Assembly: GCA_038064695.1 (NCBI GenBank) | Contig: JBBTSO010000001.1 | Coordinates: forward strand, 635-64,634 | DNA from: Patescibacteria group bacterium | GTDB taxonomy: Bacteria > Patescibacteriota > Minisyncoccia > Phycocordibacterales > Phycocordibacteraceae | DNA length: 64,000 nucleotides | Direction of reading: 5' to 3' | Part shown: one piece after another, positions 31,011 through 40,046 of the stretch | Layout of the letters: every line of letters starts with the position of its first letter | Position numbering within the stretch: position 1 is the first letter of the stretch | Translations under genes and position numbers: made by a program | Notes under the pieces: generated by a model | What the model was told of the DNA's origin: nothing | Database searches by the model: none | Seen by the model: only the letters and a program-made list of their open reading frames with translations

Positions 31011-31049
31011 TTTTTCGGTTCTTCACTGATTACTCATTACTATCTCTCT

Positions 31050-32369
31050 ATGACATTTGACTTAAAAGGCATCAACTTAGTTATTGACCAACTCGCCGAC
31101 GAGCGAGGCATCCCCCGTGAAAAAATGTTGGAAGCGGTTGAAGGAGCTCTCGCTACCGCGTACAAAAAAGAATACGGGAAACGCGGCCAGATTGTCCGTG
31201 CGCACTTCAACGTAGGAACGGGCGACCTTGATTTTTATCAAGTGAAACTTGTGGTAGACCCAAGCGGTGTCCGCATGGAAGACCCCGACAATGTTCAAAT
31301 GTCCTACCGAGATATTCCAGAAACTACCACTGATGGCGACGAGCGACCATTTTTTAACGAAGAACAGCATATGTTTTTGGAGGACGCAAAGCGCATCAAG
31401 CGCGACGCTGCCGTGGGAGACGAAATTATTTTCCCCCTTGAAACAAAAACGGATTTCGGGCGCATTGCCGCGCAAACCGCAAAGCAGGTCATCATGCAAA
31501 AAATACGCGAGGCGGAACGCTCAAGCGTTATGACCGAATTCGGAGGAAAAGAAGGCGACATTGTAACGGGTGTCGTGCAACGCATGGAGCGCGGAAACCT
31601 CTACGTAGACCTTGGCCGTGCCACGGGCATCATGCCGTACGCAGAGCAAATTCCTGGTGAGCGATACCGCCCCGGAGAGCGTATTCGCGCGTACCTCTTC
31701 CGCGTGGAAGAGGGCCAGCGTGGAGTCTTCTTGCGACTTTCACGCGCGCATCCTAAATTCTTGGAAAAACTTTTTGAACAGGAAGTGCCTGAGCTTGGAA
31801 ACGGAACCATTACCTTAAAGGCGGTCGCCCGCGAGGCAGGGAGCCGTTCAAAAGTTGCTGTTGCCGCAAACGACGATCGCATTGACCCCGTCGGAGCATT
31901 GGTGGGACAGCGCGGCGTTCGCGTTTCAACGGTAACGTCAGAGTTAGGCGGTGAACGCATTGACATTATTGAGTGGAGAGAAACTCCAAGCGAATTTATT
32001 GAAGACTCCCTCTCCCCTGCGCAAGTACTCTCAGTTCAACTTGATGAAGAAAATCACCGCGCGACAGTTGAGGTTACCGATGATCAGCAGTCACTCGCCA
32101 TTGGCCGTGGCGGGCAGAATGTGCGCCTCGCCGCAAAACTAACGGGGTGGTCTATAGATATCCGTTCAGCGAAAGGTGAGGAGCTTGCAGAGACTGACGG
32201 AAACAATGTCTCTGTTACCGAAACACGGGAAGAAACACCTGCTGTAGCATCAGAGACACCTTCAGAAGATGTTTCAGAAGCCGTACTTGCGGAAGCTCAT
32301 GAAGAAGCTCCGGCAGAAATGGACAGCGCGACTGACGTTGAGCCCGACAAAGAAGAGGGGGTTGGATAA
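31050..32369 (+). CDS. nusA: Transcription termination factor NusA
   Basis: FGRIAAQTAKQV, AREAGSRSKVAV, AIGRGGQNVRLA. Confidence 0.98.
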   Translation: MTFDLKGINLVIDQLADERGIPREKMLEAVEGALATAYKKEYGKRGQIVRAHFNVGTGDLDFYQVKLVVDPSGVRMEDPDNVQMSYRDIPETTTDGDERPFFNEEQHMFLEDAKRIKRDAAVGDEIIFPLETKTDFGRIAAQTAKQVIMQKIREAERSSVMTEFGGKEGDIVTGVVQRMERGNLYVDLGRATGIMPYAEQIPGERYRPGERIRAYLFRVEEGQRGVFLRLSRAHPKFLEKLFEQEVPELGNGTITLKAVAREAGSRSKVAVAANDDRIDPVGALVGQRGVRVSTVTSELGGERIDIIEWRETPSEFIEDSLSPAQVLSVQLDEENHRATVEVTDDQQSLAIGRGGQNVRLAAKLTGWSIDIRSAKGEELAETDGNNVSVTETREETPAVASETPSEDVSEAVLAEAHEEAPAEMDSATDVEPDKEEGVG

Positions 32370-32410
32370 ACGGCGTACACACTTACTAGGTAATACCGTA
32401 TACTACGTCT

Positions 32411-32935
32411 ATGAACCTTTGGCACGATATTGAAGCAGGAACTACTGAGACGATAAACGCCATTATTGAAATTCCACGAAACTCGCGCAACAAGTACGAA
32501 ATTGATAAAGAAACAGGGTTGATTGCGCTTGACCGCGTACTCCATACCGCACAGGTGTACCCGTTTGACTACGGTTTTGTACCGCAAACACTGTGGGACG
32601 ATGGCGACGCGTTGGATGTGGTGGTCTTAACCACTGAACCACTTGCCCCTGGTATTCTTGTCCACGTTCGCCCGGTGGCAATGATGGATATGGTAGACAG
32701 CGGCGACCCTGACGCAAAAATCATTGGTGTCCCGGTGAATGACCCGAGGTGGAGCGCCGTTAAAGATTTAAGTGACCTAAACCAGCACACCGTAAAAGAA
32801 ATAGAACATTTCTTCCTTACCTACAAACAACTTCAAAACAAGAAAGTAGAAGTGAAAGGATGGAGTGGTGCAAAGGAAGCATGCGAAGCGTTTGAACGAT
32901 CTCAAAAACTCTACAAAGAAAAGTTCGCTAAATAA
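32411..32935 (+). CDS. ppa: Inorganic pyrophosphatase family I
   Basis: KYEIDK, YGFVPQT, DDGDALD. Confidence 0.97.
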   Translation: MNLWHDIEAGTTETINAIIEIPRNSRNKYEIDKETGLIALDRVLHTAQVYPFDYGFVPQTLWDDGDALDVVVLTTEPLAPGILVHVRPVAMMDMVDSGDPDAKIIGVPVNDPRWSAVKDLSDLNQHTVKEIEHFFLTYKQLQNKKVEVKGWSGAKEACEAFERSQKLYKEKFAK

Positions 32936-32966
32936 GAAATCCCCGCCTAGGCGGGGATTTCTTATT
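32930..32966. terminator. Bidirectional terminator
   Basis: AAATAAGAAATCCCCGC-CTAG-GCGGGGATTTCTTATTT. Confidence 0.85.
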
Positions 32967-32973
32967 TAGAGAG

Positions 32974-34452
32974 TCAAATTTCTATTTTTGGTCGGTATTG
33001 GAGTGCTTCTAAAATATGATGTTCCTCTACGGAGGGCGAACCATCAAGGTCAGCAATGGTTCGGGCAACACGCATCACGCGGTGGTAGGAACGCGGGGAA
33101 AGGTTGAGCATTGTTGCTGACTGTTGCAGTGTGGAAAGCGCAGGAGCGCTGATGTTTATTGTTTTTTCAATTCCACGAGAAGCAATGTCGCTATTGGTTT
33201 TCCCTTTCGTACGCTTCGCGGCAACTTTTCGTGCAGCCATTACGCGCTTTCCCACGGCACTACTTGGCTCTCCTCCGCCCGCTGAAAGTTTGCTATGAGG
33301 AACATGCGGCACCTCAATCCACAAATCAATGCGATCCACGATGGCACCTGACAATTTCCTTTTAAACCGAACCACTTCGCGCTGGTCAGCTCGGTCAGTC
33401 GGCGGATTCATGGCAGCAACGAGCATAATGTTTGCGGGGAAGCGCGCGGTGCCTGACGCCCGCGCGATGGTGATGTATTTATTTTCCAGTGGCTCGCGGA
33501 GTGCTTCAACTGCACGACGGTCAAACTCAGGAAACTCATCCATAAACAAAACCCCGCGGTGCGCGAGCGTTACTTCTCCAGGGCGAACAATGTTTCCTCC
33601 TCCTACCAACGCCACGTACGAAGACGTGTGGTGCGGAGACCTAAACGGCGGATGCAAGACAACGGCTTCATCTAAAACCCCCGCAACTGAGTGCAGCGCG
33701 GTAACTTCAAGCGTTTCGTCGTGAGTCAGTGGCGGCAAAATGCCTGCGAGTGCTTGCGCCAACATTGTTTTTCCCGTACCAGGTGGGCCAGAAAGCGCAA
33801 CGTTGTGCCTTCCGGCTGCGGCAATTTCAATACCTCGCTTTGCGGTTTCCTGTCCCGCAATGTCTGCCAGGTCTAGCACTGATTTTTTATTGGATAACTT
33901 TTTGCGGACGGACGCTACTTTTTCAAGTGGCGCGCCTCCCGTTAAGTGAAACACTACCTCAGCCAGCGTTCCTGCCCCGTAAATTGCAATACCCGAAACG
34001 AGCGACGCTTCGATAACATTTTCTTTTGGCACAATGATGGATAAAAATCCTAAGCTTTTTGCGGCGAGCGTTGCTGCCAGCACGCCCTTTACGGGACGCA
34101 TTCCTCCGTCGAGTGCTAACTCACCAAGGACAATTGTTTTCGTCGCGTCAAACGCAACTTCTTCGGCGGCGAGGAGGTACGCGAGCGCCATCGCCACGTC
34201 AAAGACGGGCCCTTCTTTCTTCACGTCCGCAGGCGCAAGCGAAATAACAATTTTATGATTTTTACTTTTTGGTGCCTCAAATCCAGAGTGTTTGATGGCA
34301 GAGGAAATTCGATCGCGAGCTTCTTCCACCGCTTTCCCGGGGAGCCCCACCACCGTAAACGAATACAGACCCCGCGCGAGGTCTGCTTCAACCGAAATGA
34401 GAGGACTTTTTGGAAACTGAGGCTGAACGCTAAAAACGCGTGCAAATGCCAT
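32974..34452 (-). CDS. comM: ComM/YifB Mg-chelatase-like AAA+ ATPase
   Basis: LAPADVKKEG, GPPGTGKT, PFRSPHH, PGEVTLAHRGVLFMDE. Confidence 0.93.
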   Translation of the reverse strand: MAFARVFSVQPQFPKSPLISVEADLARGLYSFTVVGLPGKAVEEARDRISSAIKHSGFEAPKSKNHKIVISLAPADVKKEGPVFDVAMALAYLLAAEEVAFDATKTIVLGELALDGGMRPVKGVLAATLAAKSLGFLSIIVPKENVIEASLVSGIAIYGAGTLAEVVFHLTGGAPLEKVASVRKKLSNKKSVLDLADIAGQETAKRGIEIAAAGRHNVALSGPPGTGKTMLAQALAGILPPLTHDETLEVTALHSVAGVLDEAVVLHPPFRSPHHTSSYVALVGGGNIVRPGEVTLAHRGVLFMDEFPEFDRRAVEALREPLENKYITIARASGTARFPANIMLVAAMNPPTDRADQREVVRFKRKLSGAIVDRIDLWIEVPHVPHSKLSAGGGEPSSAVGKRVMAARKVAAKRTKGKTNSDIASRGIEKTINISAPALSTLQQSATMLNLSPRSYHRVMRVARTIADLDGSPSVEEHHILEALQYRPKIEI

Positions 34453-34459
34453 TCACCTA

Positions 34460-34822
34460 TTATTGCATATGCGCAATGCAGGTGCGGGCAGCGGGGTTTG
34501 CGTTGAGGCGGTCCATTTCAATTTCTTCACCGGACACTTCACATATGCCAAACGTATCTGCTTGTATGCGCTCAAGCGCTTCATTGACGCTCTGCAGGCG
34601 AACTTCTAATTCGTTGATAGCCGCGTTGTTTTCGTGAAGTGCTTCAATGATGTCGGCGTTGTCATTGCGATCGGCGCCAAACTCCCCAACTTCTGTCGCA
34701 GGTTCCCAGTCAGCAGGGTTTGAGGGGTTTCTTTTTCCGAGCGATGCTAACTCTTTTTGCAAAAGGTCGCGCTCTTTTTCGAGGCGAATTTTAAATTCAT
34801 TCTTCTGTTCAGTATTCAACAT
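34460..34822 (-). CDS. DksA/TraR family protein
   Basis: DRNDNA coiled-coil tip, FGICEVSGEEI..RL.ANPAARTC. Confidence 0.85.
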   Translation of the reverse strand: MLNTEQKNEFKIRLEKERDLLQKELASLGKRNPSNPADWEPATEVGEFGADRNDNADIIEALHENNAAINELEVRLQSVNEALERIQADTFGICEVSGEEIEMDRLNANPAARTCIAHMQ

Positions 34823-34854
34823 GCGAGCATCATACCATGATGCTTTTTAGGGCG

Positions 34855-35706
34855 CTACGGAGCGTTTGAAACACTGGAAAGTCTGCTCATTATTTCACGG
34901 AGCGTAAATTCGTTCGTGGTGATGACAAGGAGCGTGCGCGTAGGATACGCGTAGAGAATTGGCCACTCGCGTTGGCTCGCTCGTATGTCGGTATTTTTTA
35001 TTATTTGATCGGTGAACACTAAGTTCGGCGCGTCTCTCCCTCCAAAAACTGGTTTAAAAAAATTACCTAACCCCCGGCCCATTTCTTTTTCCCACTCTAA
35101 GAGTGCGTTAAATGAGCGATCGTACGCCGACACTCTCAAAATAATGAATGGCTGGTTTCGATCAAACGCGTGTATTCCCACCATCACCTCAGTAACTTCT
35201 CGCGCCAAGGGGCCGGCGAGTCCAAGGGCGCTCGCAAGTTCAGTCGCGTTAAGGGGAACGCCCCCGCTCGTTATAACTATGTGTTCAATTTCACCGAGCG
35301 ATAAGAGCGCGACGTCGCGCTCCACCGCAAGCAGGTTGGCGAGGGGTATTCCCTCTTCTGTTTCTATTATTTTGGTAGCGTTGGCAAAAATTATTCCAGA
35401 AGGTGGCGGCACTTCGGCCCCATCCCCCCTGCCAAGCAAGTAGACGACGAGCGACACGACCCCAACACCTACCAGAATGAGTGCGATACCTCCCCCAATC
35501 ATAAGACGGGTACGCGCGACATTACGTTCTACTGGTTCTTGTTTAAAACGCTCCCCTGCTCCCTGCTGCGCAGCGACGATGGAGGTGAGCGTTTCTCCGC
35601 GTGACTGAATAGCACGACTCATGTCAGACGCGTACGTTCTAAGACGAGGAATTGCCCCTGTTTCTTTTGGTGATTCTTTTTTTATTGGACTGGAATCATC
35701 TACCAT
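34855..35706 (-). CDS. Hypothetical single-TM protein
   Basis: 283-aa ORF, LRTYASD N-motif, one TM. Confidence 0.8.
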   Translation of the reverse strand: MVDDSSPIKKESPKETGAIPRLRTYASDMSRAIQSRGETLTSIVAAQQGAGERFKQEPVERNVARTRLMIGGGIALILVGVGVVSLVVYLLGRGDGAEVPPPSGIIFANATKIIETEEGIPLANLLAVERDVALLSLGEIEHIVITSGGVPLNATELASALGLAGPLAREVTEVMVGIHAFDRNQPFIILRVSAYDRSFNALLEWEKEMGRGLGNFFKPVFGGRDAPNLVFTDQIIKNTDIRASQREWPILYAYPTRTLLVITTNEFTLREIMSRLSSVSNAP

Positions 35707-35819
35707 ACGTGGTGTTCGCTACCCTTCCTATGGTGCAAAGAGTGAATAAACACATTAATCTGCGTAGCACACAAGAATTGCAGCTGTTAAAGATCAGAAT
35801 AGCACGGGGGCGAGCGCGA

Positions 35820-36452
35820 CTAGCGATACTCATCGGTGTCTGAACCAACGACATGTGGCATATCGCTTTCCTCCCCTCCCTCTACTTCAGGGTGACTCCC
35901 TGTTTGAGGAATAACTACATCACTTCCTGCTGAGGGAAGTGAAAATCGGCTCGTCAATAAAAACTTTTTAGGAGATTCTCCCATATCAATAAACTCATCG
36001 GCAATTTCACGAAGGCGACTTGAAGACGACTTTCCAAATGAAATAACCTCTGCTTGCACGCCGTGAGCTTTTAAGTATTCAACGAGTGGAACAAAATCTC
36101 CATCTCCTGTAGCCAGAATAACCGCGTCTACGTGTTCACTAATTTTAATGGCATCTACTGCCATACCGACATCCCAGTCCGCTTTCTTTGCACCACCGTA
36201 AAAAATTTGAAGCTCCTTCGTTTTCGTTTCAATCCCCATTTTGGTAAGCGCGTCAAAAAATGCTCGCTCTTCACCGCTCTCCGTGGTAACAACATACGCC
36301 ATAGCGCGAATGAGTTTTCTTCCCGCTACTGACTCTTTCAAAACGTTACCGAAGTTTACGCGCGCTTTAAATAAATTCTTTGCGCTGTGATAGAGGTTTT
36401 GTGTGTCAATAAAAACGGCGACACGTTGGTCAGGATGTTTAATAATTGCCAT
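35820..36452 (-). CDS. NYN domain (LabA/DUF88) protein
   Basis: FIDTQN, DWDVGMAVD, TGDGDF. Confidence 0.92.
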   Translation of the reverse strand: MAIIKHPDQRVAVFIDTQNLYHSAKNLFKARVNFGNVLKESVAGRKLIRAMAYVVTTESGEERAFFDALTKMGIETKTKELQIFYGGAKKADWDVGMAVDAIKISEHVDAVILATGDGDFVPLVEYLKAHGVQAEVISFGKSSSSRLREIADEFIDMGESPKKFLLTSRFSLPSAGSDVVIPQTGSHPEVEGGEESDMPHVVGSDTDEYR

Positions 36453-36579
36453 GTAAAAAGTGATTAATGGCTAACAGTTAGTTGCCAGCCACATAATAAA
36501 TAAAAATACCCTACTCTGCTTAGTAATAGTAACAGAACTTTTGCCAAACACTAACCATTCTCAAATGGAGAACAGGAAA

Positions 36580-36846
36580 CTATTTCTTCAAACCAAGGTT
36601 TTTGGTGAGTTTGTTGTATTCGCGCTTATCATTCTTCTCTAAGTACTTGAGGTGGCTTCTTCGGTCGGCAACCATTTGCAAAAGGCCTCGACGAGAGTGC
36701 TTGTCTTTGAGGTGTTTTTTAAGGTGGAGAGTTAACTCGTTAATTTTCTTCGTTAAAAGGGCAACCTGCACCGAGGCAGAGCCGGTATCAGTATCGTGTT
36801 TTTGCGCCACTTTAACGACGCGGGTTTTCTGGGTTTTCGTAAGCAT
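36580..36846 (-). CDS. rpsO: 30S ribosomal protein S15
   Basis: DTGSASVQVALLT, KDKHSRRGLL. Confidence 0.98.
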   Translation of the reverse strand: MLTKTQKTRVVKVAQKHDTDTGSASVQVALLTKKINELTLHLKKHLKDKHSRRGLLQMVADRRSHLKYLEKNDKREYNKLTKNLGLKK

Positions 36847-36959
36847 GAGTGGCTACTGTACCATAAATGCCCTTTATTTGCAACATATTCCAAATGGGCC
36901 TTGCAGAACCTCCGCGTAAGGAGTAAGGTCAAAGAACAGTTAATTTTAAACTGAAAATT

Positions 36960-37115
36960 ATGTCATCAATCGATAAACTTGCGTTACGGGCTGATACTAA
37001 TGGAGAGAAGAAAGGTCCAGGTCTTATTGCAGGAACCTTATTTTTGCTCGCCTGCATGGCAGCAACCTACGTAGCAACAAATGTGGTCCTAAAATGGGCC
37101 GCAAATCTTGAGTAG
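36960..37115 (+). CDS. Orphan 51-aa single-TM protein (not in ORF track)
   Basis: MSSIDKLALRADTNGEKKGPGLIAGTLFLLACMAATYVATNVVLKWAANLE; TTGCAG(36901)-17-TAAGGT. Confidence 0.65.
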   Translation: MSSIDKLALRADTNGEKKGPGLIAGTLFLLACMAATYVATNVVLKWAANLE

Positions 37116-37166
37116 GTGAGTTTTGTAAAAATTTTTGAAAGAAAAACGCATCGTATACTGTTTTGA

Positions 37167-38084
37167 GTGAATCTGACTGACACAAAACGATCATTTCTAG
37201 AGTATTTAGAGGTCTCAAAGGGGCGTTCACTGAAAACGCTTGAGAATTATGACCGTTACCTGACTCGTTTTATTGAATTTTCAAAATTAGACAGTCCAAA
37301 AAACATCACTGATCGCTCCGTGCAGGAGTTTCGTATGTACCTAAACCGCCTCCCTGCCCCAGGGGGAACAATGAAACGAAAGACGCAGAACTATCACCTG
37401 ATTGCGGTTCGTGCTTTCCTCAAATACCTCCAGCGCCAGGGAATTGAAACTCTTGCGCCTGAGCGCATTGAACTCGCTAAAGTACCAGACCGCTCGCTGG
37501 ACCTCATCACTACCCTTGAATTAGAGCGACTTATGAACGCGCCACACGACGCGTTAAAGAAAGAAGATGACCCTCAAAAACAGCAGAAACTGCTTCGCGA
37601 CCAGGCGATGATGGAACTTCTTTTTTCTACAGGGCTTCGCGTATCAGAGCTCTGTGCCTTAAACACCGACATTGACCTCTCACGCGACGAAATGTCGGTG
37701 CGCGGTAAAGGTGACAAGGTGCGTGTGGTTTTTTTATCCGAGCGAGCGAAAAATGCGGTTCGTGCCTACCAAAAAGTTCGCACCGACCTAGAAGAAGCAC
37801 TTTTTGTAGAGGGCCGCGCTAACAAACTTCATCGCATCACCCCCCGAGACGTCCAGCGCCACCTGAAAAAATACGCGGCTATCGCCGGTATTACGAGTAA
37901 AGTCACTCCACACGTTCTGCGACACGTTTTTGCTACCGATCTTCTTGAAAACGGAGCAGACTTGCGTTCAGTACAGGCACTCCTTGGACACGCCAACATA
38001 GCAACTACCCAGGTGTACACCCACGTTACCGACAAGCACTTGCGCGACATTCATAGAGCATTCCACGGAAAAAAGAGGCGCTAG
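37167..38084 (+). CDS. XerC/XerD-like tyrosine recombinase
   Basis: TGLRVSE, GKGDK, HVLRHVFAT, LGHANIATTQVY. Confidence 0.93.
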   Translation: MNLTDTKRSFLEYLEVSKGRSLKTLENYDRYLTRFIEFSKLDSPKNITDRSVQEFRMYLNRLPAPGGTMKRKTQNYHLIAVRAFLKYLQRQGIETLAPERIELAKVPDRSLDLITTLELERLMNAPHDALKKEDDPQKQQKLLRDQAMMELLFSTGLRVSELCALNTDIDLSRDEMSVRGKGDKVRVVFLSERAKNAVRAYQKVRTDLEEALFVEGRANKLHRITPRDVQRHLKKYAAIAGITSKVTPHVLRHVFATDLLENGADLRSVQALLGHANIATTQVYTHVTDKHLRDIHRAFHGKKRR

Positions 38085-38212
38085 AGAGGCGTTGTTTAAG
38101 AGGGTGTATAAATTCGTTGACGTTTTTTATAAGAGGAGTAGAGTAACTGGAATTTATTAAGAGGTCTTGTGGTATATTGACTTTTTATTTAAAATATTAT
38201 ATAATATAACAT

Positions 38213-38371
38213 ATGAATCAAGTACTAGAGATAGGCGCCCACTGGCGTCCCCGAGACATTGAGCACGAGGGTGAAGCTGCGAGCAGACGCCTGTATCATA
38301 TTTTTGCTATCTTAGCTCCAATTTTGGTTGTTATTGGGGCTGTTGCTTTTGGTTTACAAAAAGAGAATTAG
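38213..38371 (+). CDS. Orphan 52-aa single-TM protein (not in ORF track)
   Basis: MNQVLEIGAHWRPRDIEHEGEAASRRLYHIFAILAPILVVIGAVAFGLQKEN; TTGACT(38177)-17-TATAAT(38200), ATG 7 nt later. Confidence 0.75.
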   Translation: MNQVLEIGAHWRPRDIEHEGEAASRRLYHIFAILAPILVVIGAVAFGLQKEN

Positions 38372-38457
38372 TAGGGTCGGTCAAAAATGCTGCCGTTCCC
38401 GACCCCACCTGTCGGTGCGAATGCGAATACAACAGGACTGCGTTACACTAACGATAT

Positions 38458-39249
38458 ATGCACCTTGTTTCGTGGAACGTAAACGGCATCCGTGCCGTGC
38501 ACAAAAAAGGATTGTTTGTGCCGATGATCGAGAAACTGAAGCCAGACATTCTATGTCTTCAAGAAACCAAAGCTGAACGAAGTCAGAGCGAGGTGGATCT
38601 CTCTGAATACGAAGAGTGCTGGAACTCTGCCGTAAAAAAGGGCTATTCAGGTACTGCCATTTTCACCAAAATAAAACCGGAAGCGGTGTTTTTAGACTTC
38701 CCTAAACATATTGTAAAAAAATACGAACTTAATGACGGGTACGGGGATACCAATAGTGAGGGACGCGTCCTGGTACTTGAGTTTAAAGACTATTACGTGG
38801 CAACGGTCTACACCCCTAACTCTAAAGATGATCTTTCACGCTTAGAGCTTCGTCACAAACACTGGGACCCGGCTTTTTTGGCCTACATGAAAGAGCTGGA
38901 GGCAAAAAAGCCGGTTATATTTTGTGGTGATTTAAATGTAGCCCATACGGAAGACGACCTCGCCAACCCTAAGGGAAACGAGGGTGAACACGGTTTCACC
39001 CGCGAGGAACGTGAAGGGGCTCAAAACATCGTTGACGCCGGTTTCACAGACACATTCAGAATGTTTACACAGGGAAACGGGTTTTATACCTGGTGGAGCC
39101 CTTTTAGACAGGCAAGGAGTAGGAACGTGGGGTGGAGAATTGACTACATTTTCGTTTCAAACAAACTCGCGAAACAGGTTAAGAAGGCAGAGATCCACCC
39201 AGACATTATGGGCAGCGACCACTGTCCGGTCTTAGTGGAACTTAAGTGA
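38458..39249 (+). CDS. xth: Exodeoxyribonuclease III / AP endonuclease
   Basis: SWNVNG, LQETK, GDLNVAH, GWRIDY, GSDHCP. Confidence 0.97.
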   Translation: MHLVSWNVNGIRAVHKKGLFVPMIEKLKPDILCLQETKAERSQSEVDLSEYEECWNSAVKKGYSGTAIFTKIKPEAVFLDFPKHIVKKYELNDGYGDTNSEGRVLVLEFKDYYVATVYTPNSKDDLSRLELRHKHWDPAFLAYMKELEAKKPVIFCGDLNVAHTEDDLANPKGNEGEHGFTREEREGAQNIVDAGFTDTFRMFTQGNGFYTWWSPFRQARSRNVGWRIDYIFVSNKLAKQVKKAEIHPDIMGSDHCPVLVELK

Positions 39250-39268
39250 AGAGTTAGGTAACAAAAAA

Positions 39269-39544
39269 TTAGGGAACTTTTTGTCCGATTCGCGAAATTA
39301 AACTCATTAAAAAAAGTGATGAGAATATTACCCCTACAGAGGGGCCTACGATGAGTGCAAAAACATGATCCTCTTTATCGTCGTCGAATCCTGTTTCAAG
39401 AAAGTTGTATTGTATTAAGAAATAACAACCTATACTAACAAAAACACCGACTAATAAAGAAGCTCCAAACCCTAGCGGACTAATCCCAACTATTTCTCCA
39501 CCTTCAGAACCAAACCCTTCTCTGTGAGTTCTAGAGCGAGACAT
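39269..39544 (-). CDS. Orphan two-TM protein (start moved to MSRSRT)
   Basis: TTGTAA-17-TATATT, ATG 6 nt later; two hydrophobic helices with acidic loop. Confidence 0.7.
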   Translation of the reverse strand: MSRSRTHREGFGSEGGEIVGISPLGFGASLLVGVFVSIGCYFLIQYNFLETGFDDDKEDHVFALIVGPSVGVIFSSLFLMSLISRIGQKVP

Positions 39545-39654
39545 TATTGAAATATATGCCAACCGAATATGGTTTACAAATCTTTTGAGATTTTAAAGGA
39601 CAAACTGTGAATAAGTGTCCTTTACATGTCTTTTAGACATGTATACTTGTAAAG

Positions 39655-39783
39655 GACAGTTCTTTCAAGGTAAGGCTTCGCCCGATATACAAGTCCTCAA
39701 CACTATCTAAAACATAAAGCGGCGTCGTATATTAGAACCTTACTTTAACGAAAACACTCCTTGGGACTCAAGGAGTGTTTTTT
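39655..39783 (+). ncRNA. Candidate small structured RNA
   Basis: TATACT at 39642; AAGGTAAGG/CCTTACTTT and GATATAC/GTATATT pairings; terminator 39751-39783; no ORF. Confidence 0.4.
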
Positions 39784-39961
39784 ATCTAATTTTTAACTCA
39801 CTATTTGTGCACCGTTCATTTTCGAGCATTTCTTTCCATTCCTCAGCAGAGAGATGCATAAGTTCTTCACCATAAGCAACACGTAAAACGACAGAAAGAA
39901 GACTTATTCCAGCAATCATTCCAACTAGAAAGGCTGGGAAGGTGGCACCACTTTGTTTCAT
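39782..39961 (-). CDS. Orphan 59-aa N-terminal TM protein (not in ORF track)
   Basis: MKQSGATFPAFLVGMIAGISLLSVVLRVAYGEE...; TTGACA and TACACT upstream. Confidence 0.65.
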   Translation of the reverse strand: MKQSGATFPAFLVGMIAGISLLSVVLRVAYGEELMHLSAEEWKEMLENERCTNSELKIR

Positions 39962-40046
39962 AATGTGACCAAGTTTAGAAATAAGATATTTAGTGTAAAC
40001 TAATATAACAAATTGTCAAGCGTTTTAGGTTATTGGCGAGAAGCGA

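Noticed and set aside
30951-31049. N-terminal extensions in the track for nusA (also rpsL, cca, comEC)
   Set aside because: They run through leaders, a tRNA or neighbouring genes; downstream ATGs match family starts.
37167-38084. Recombinase as integron or prophage integrase for the cassettes
   Set aside because: Looks like a housekeeping Xer; no IntI-type insertion recognised, no attC array or phage genes nearby.
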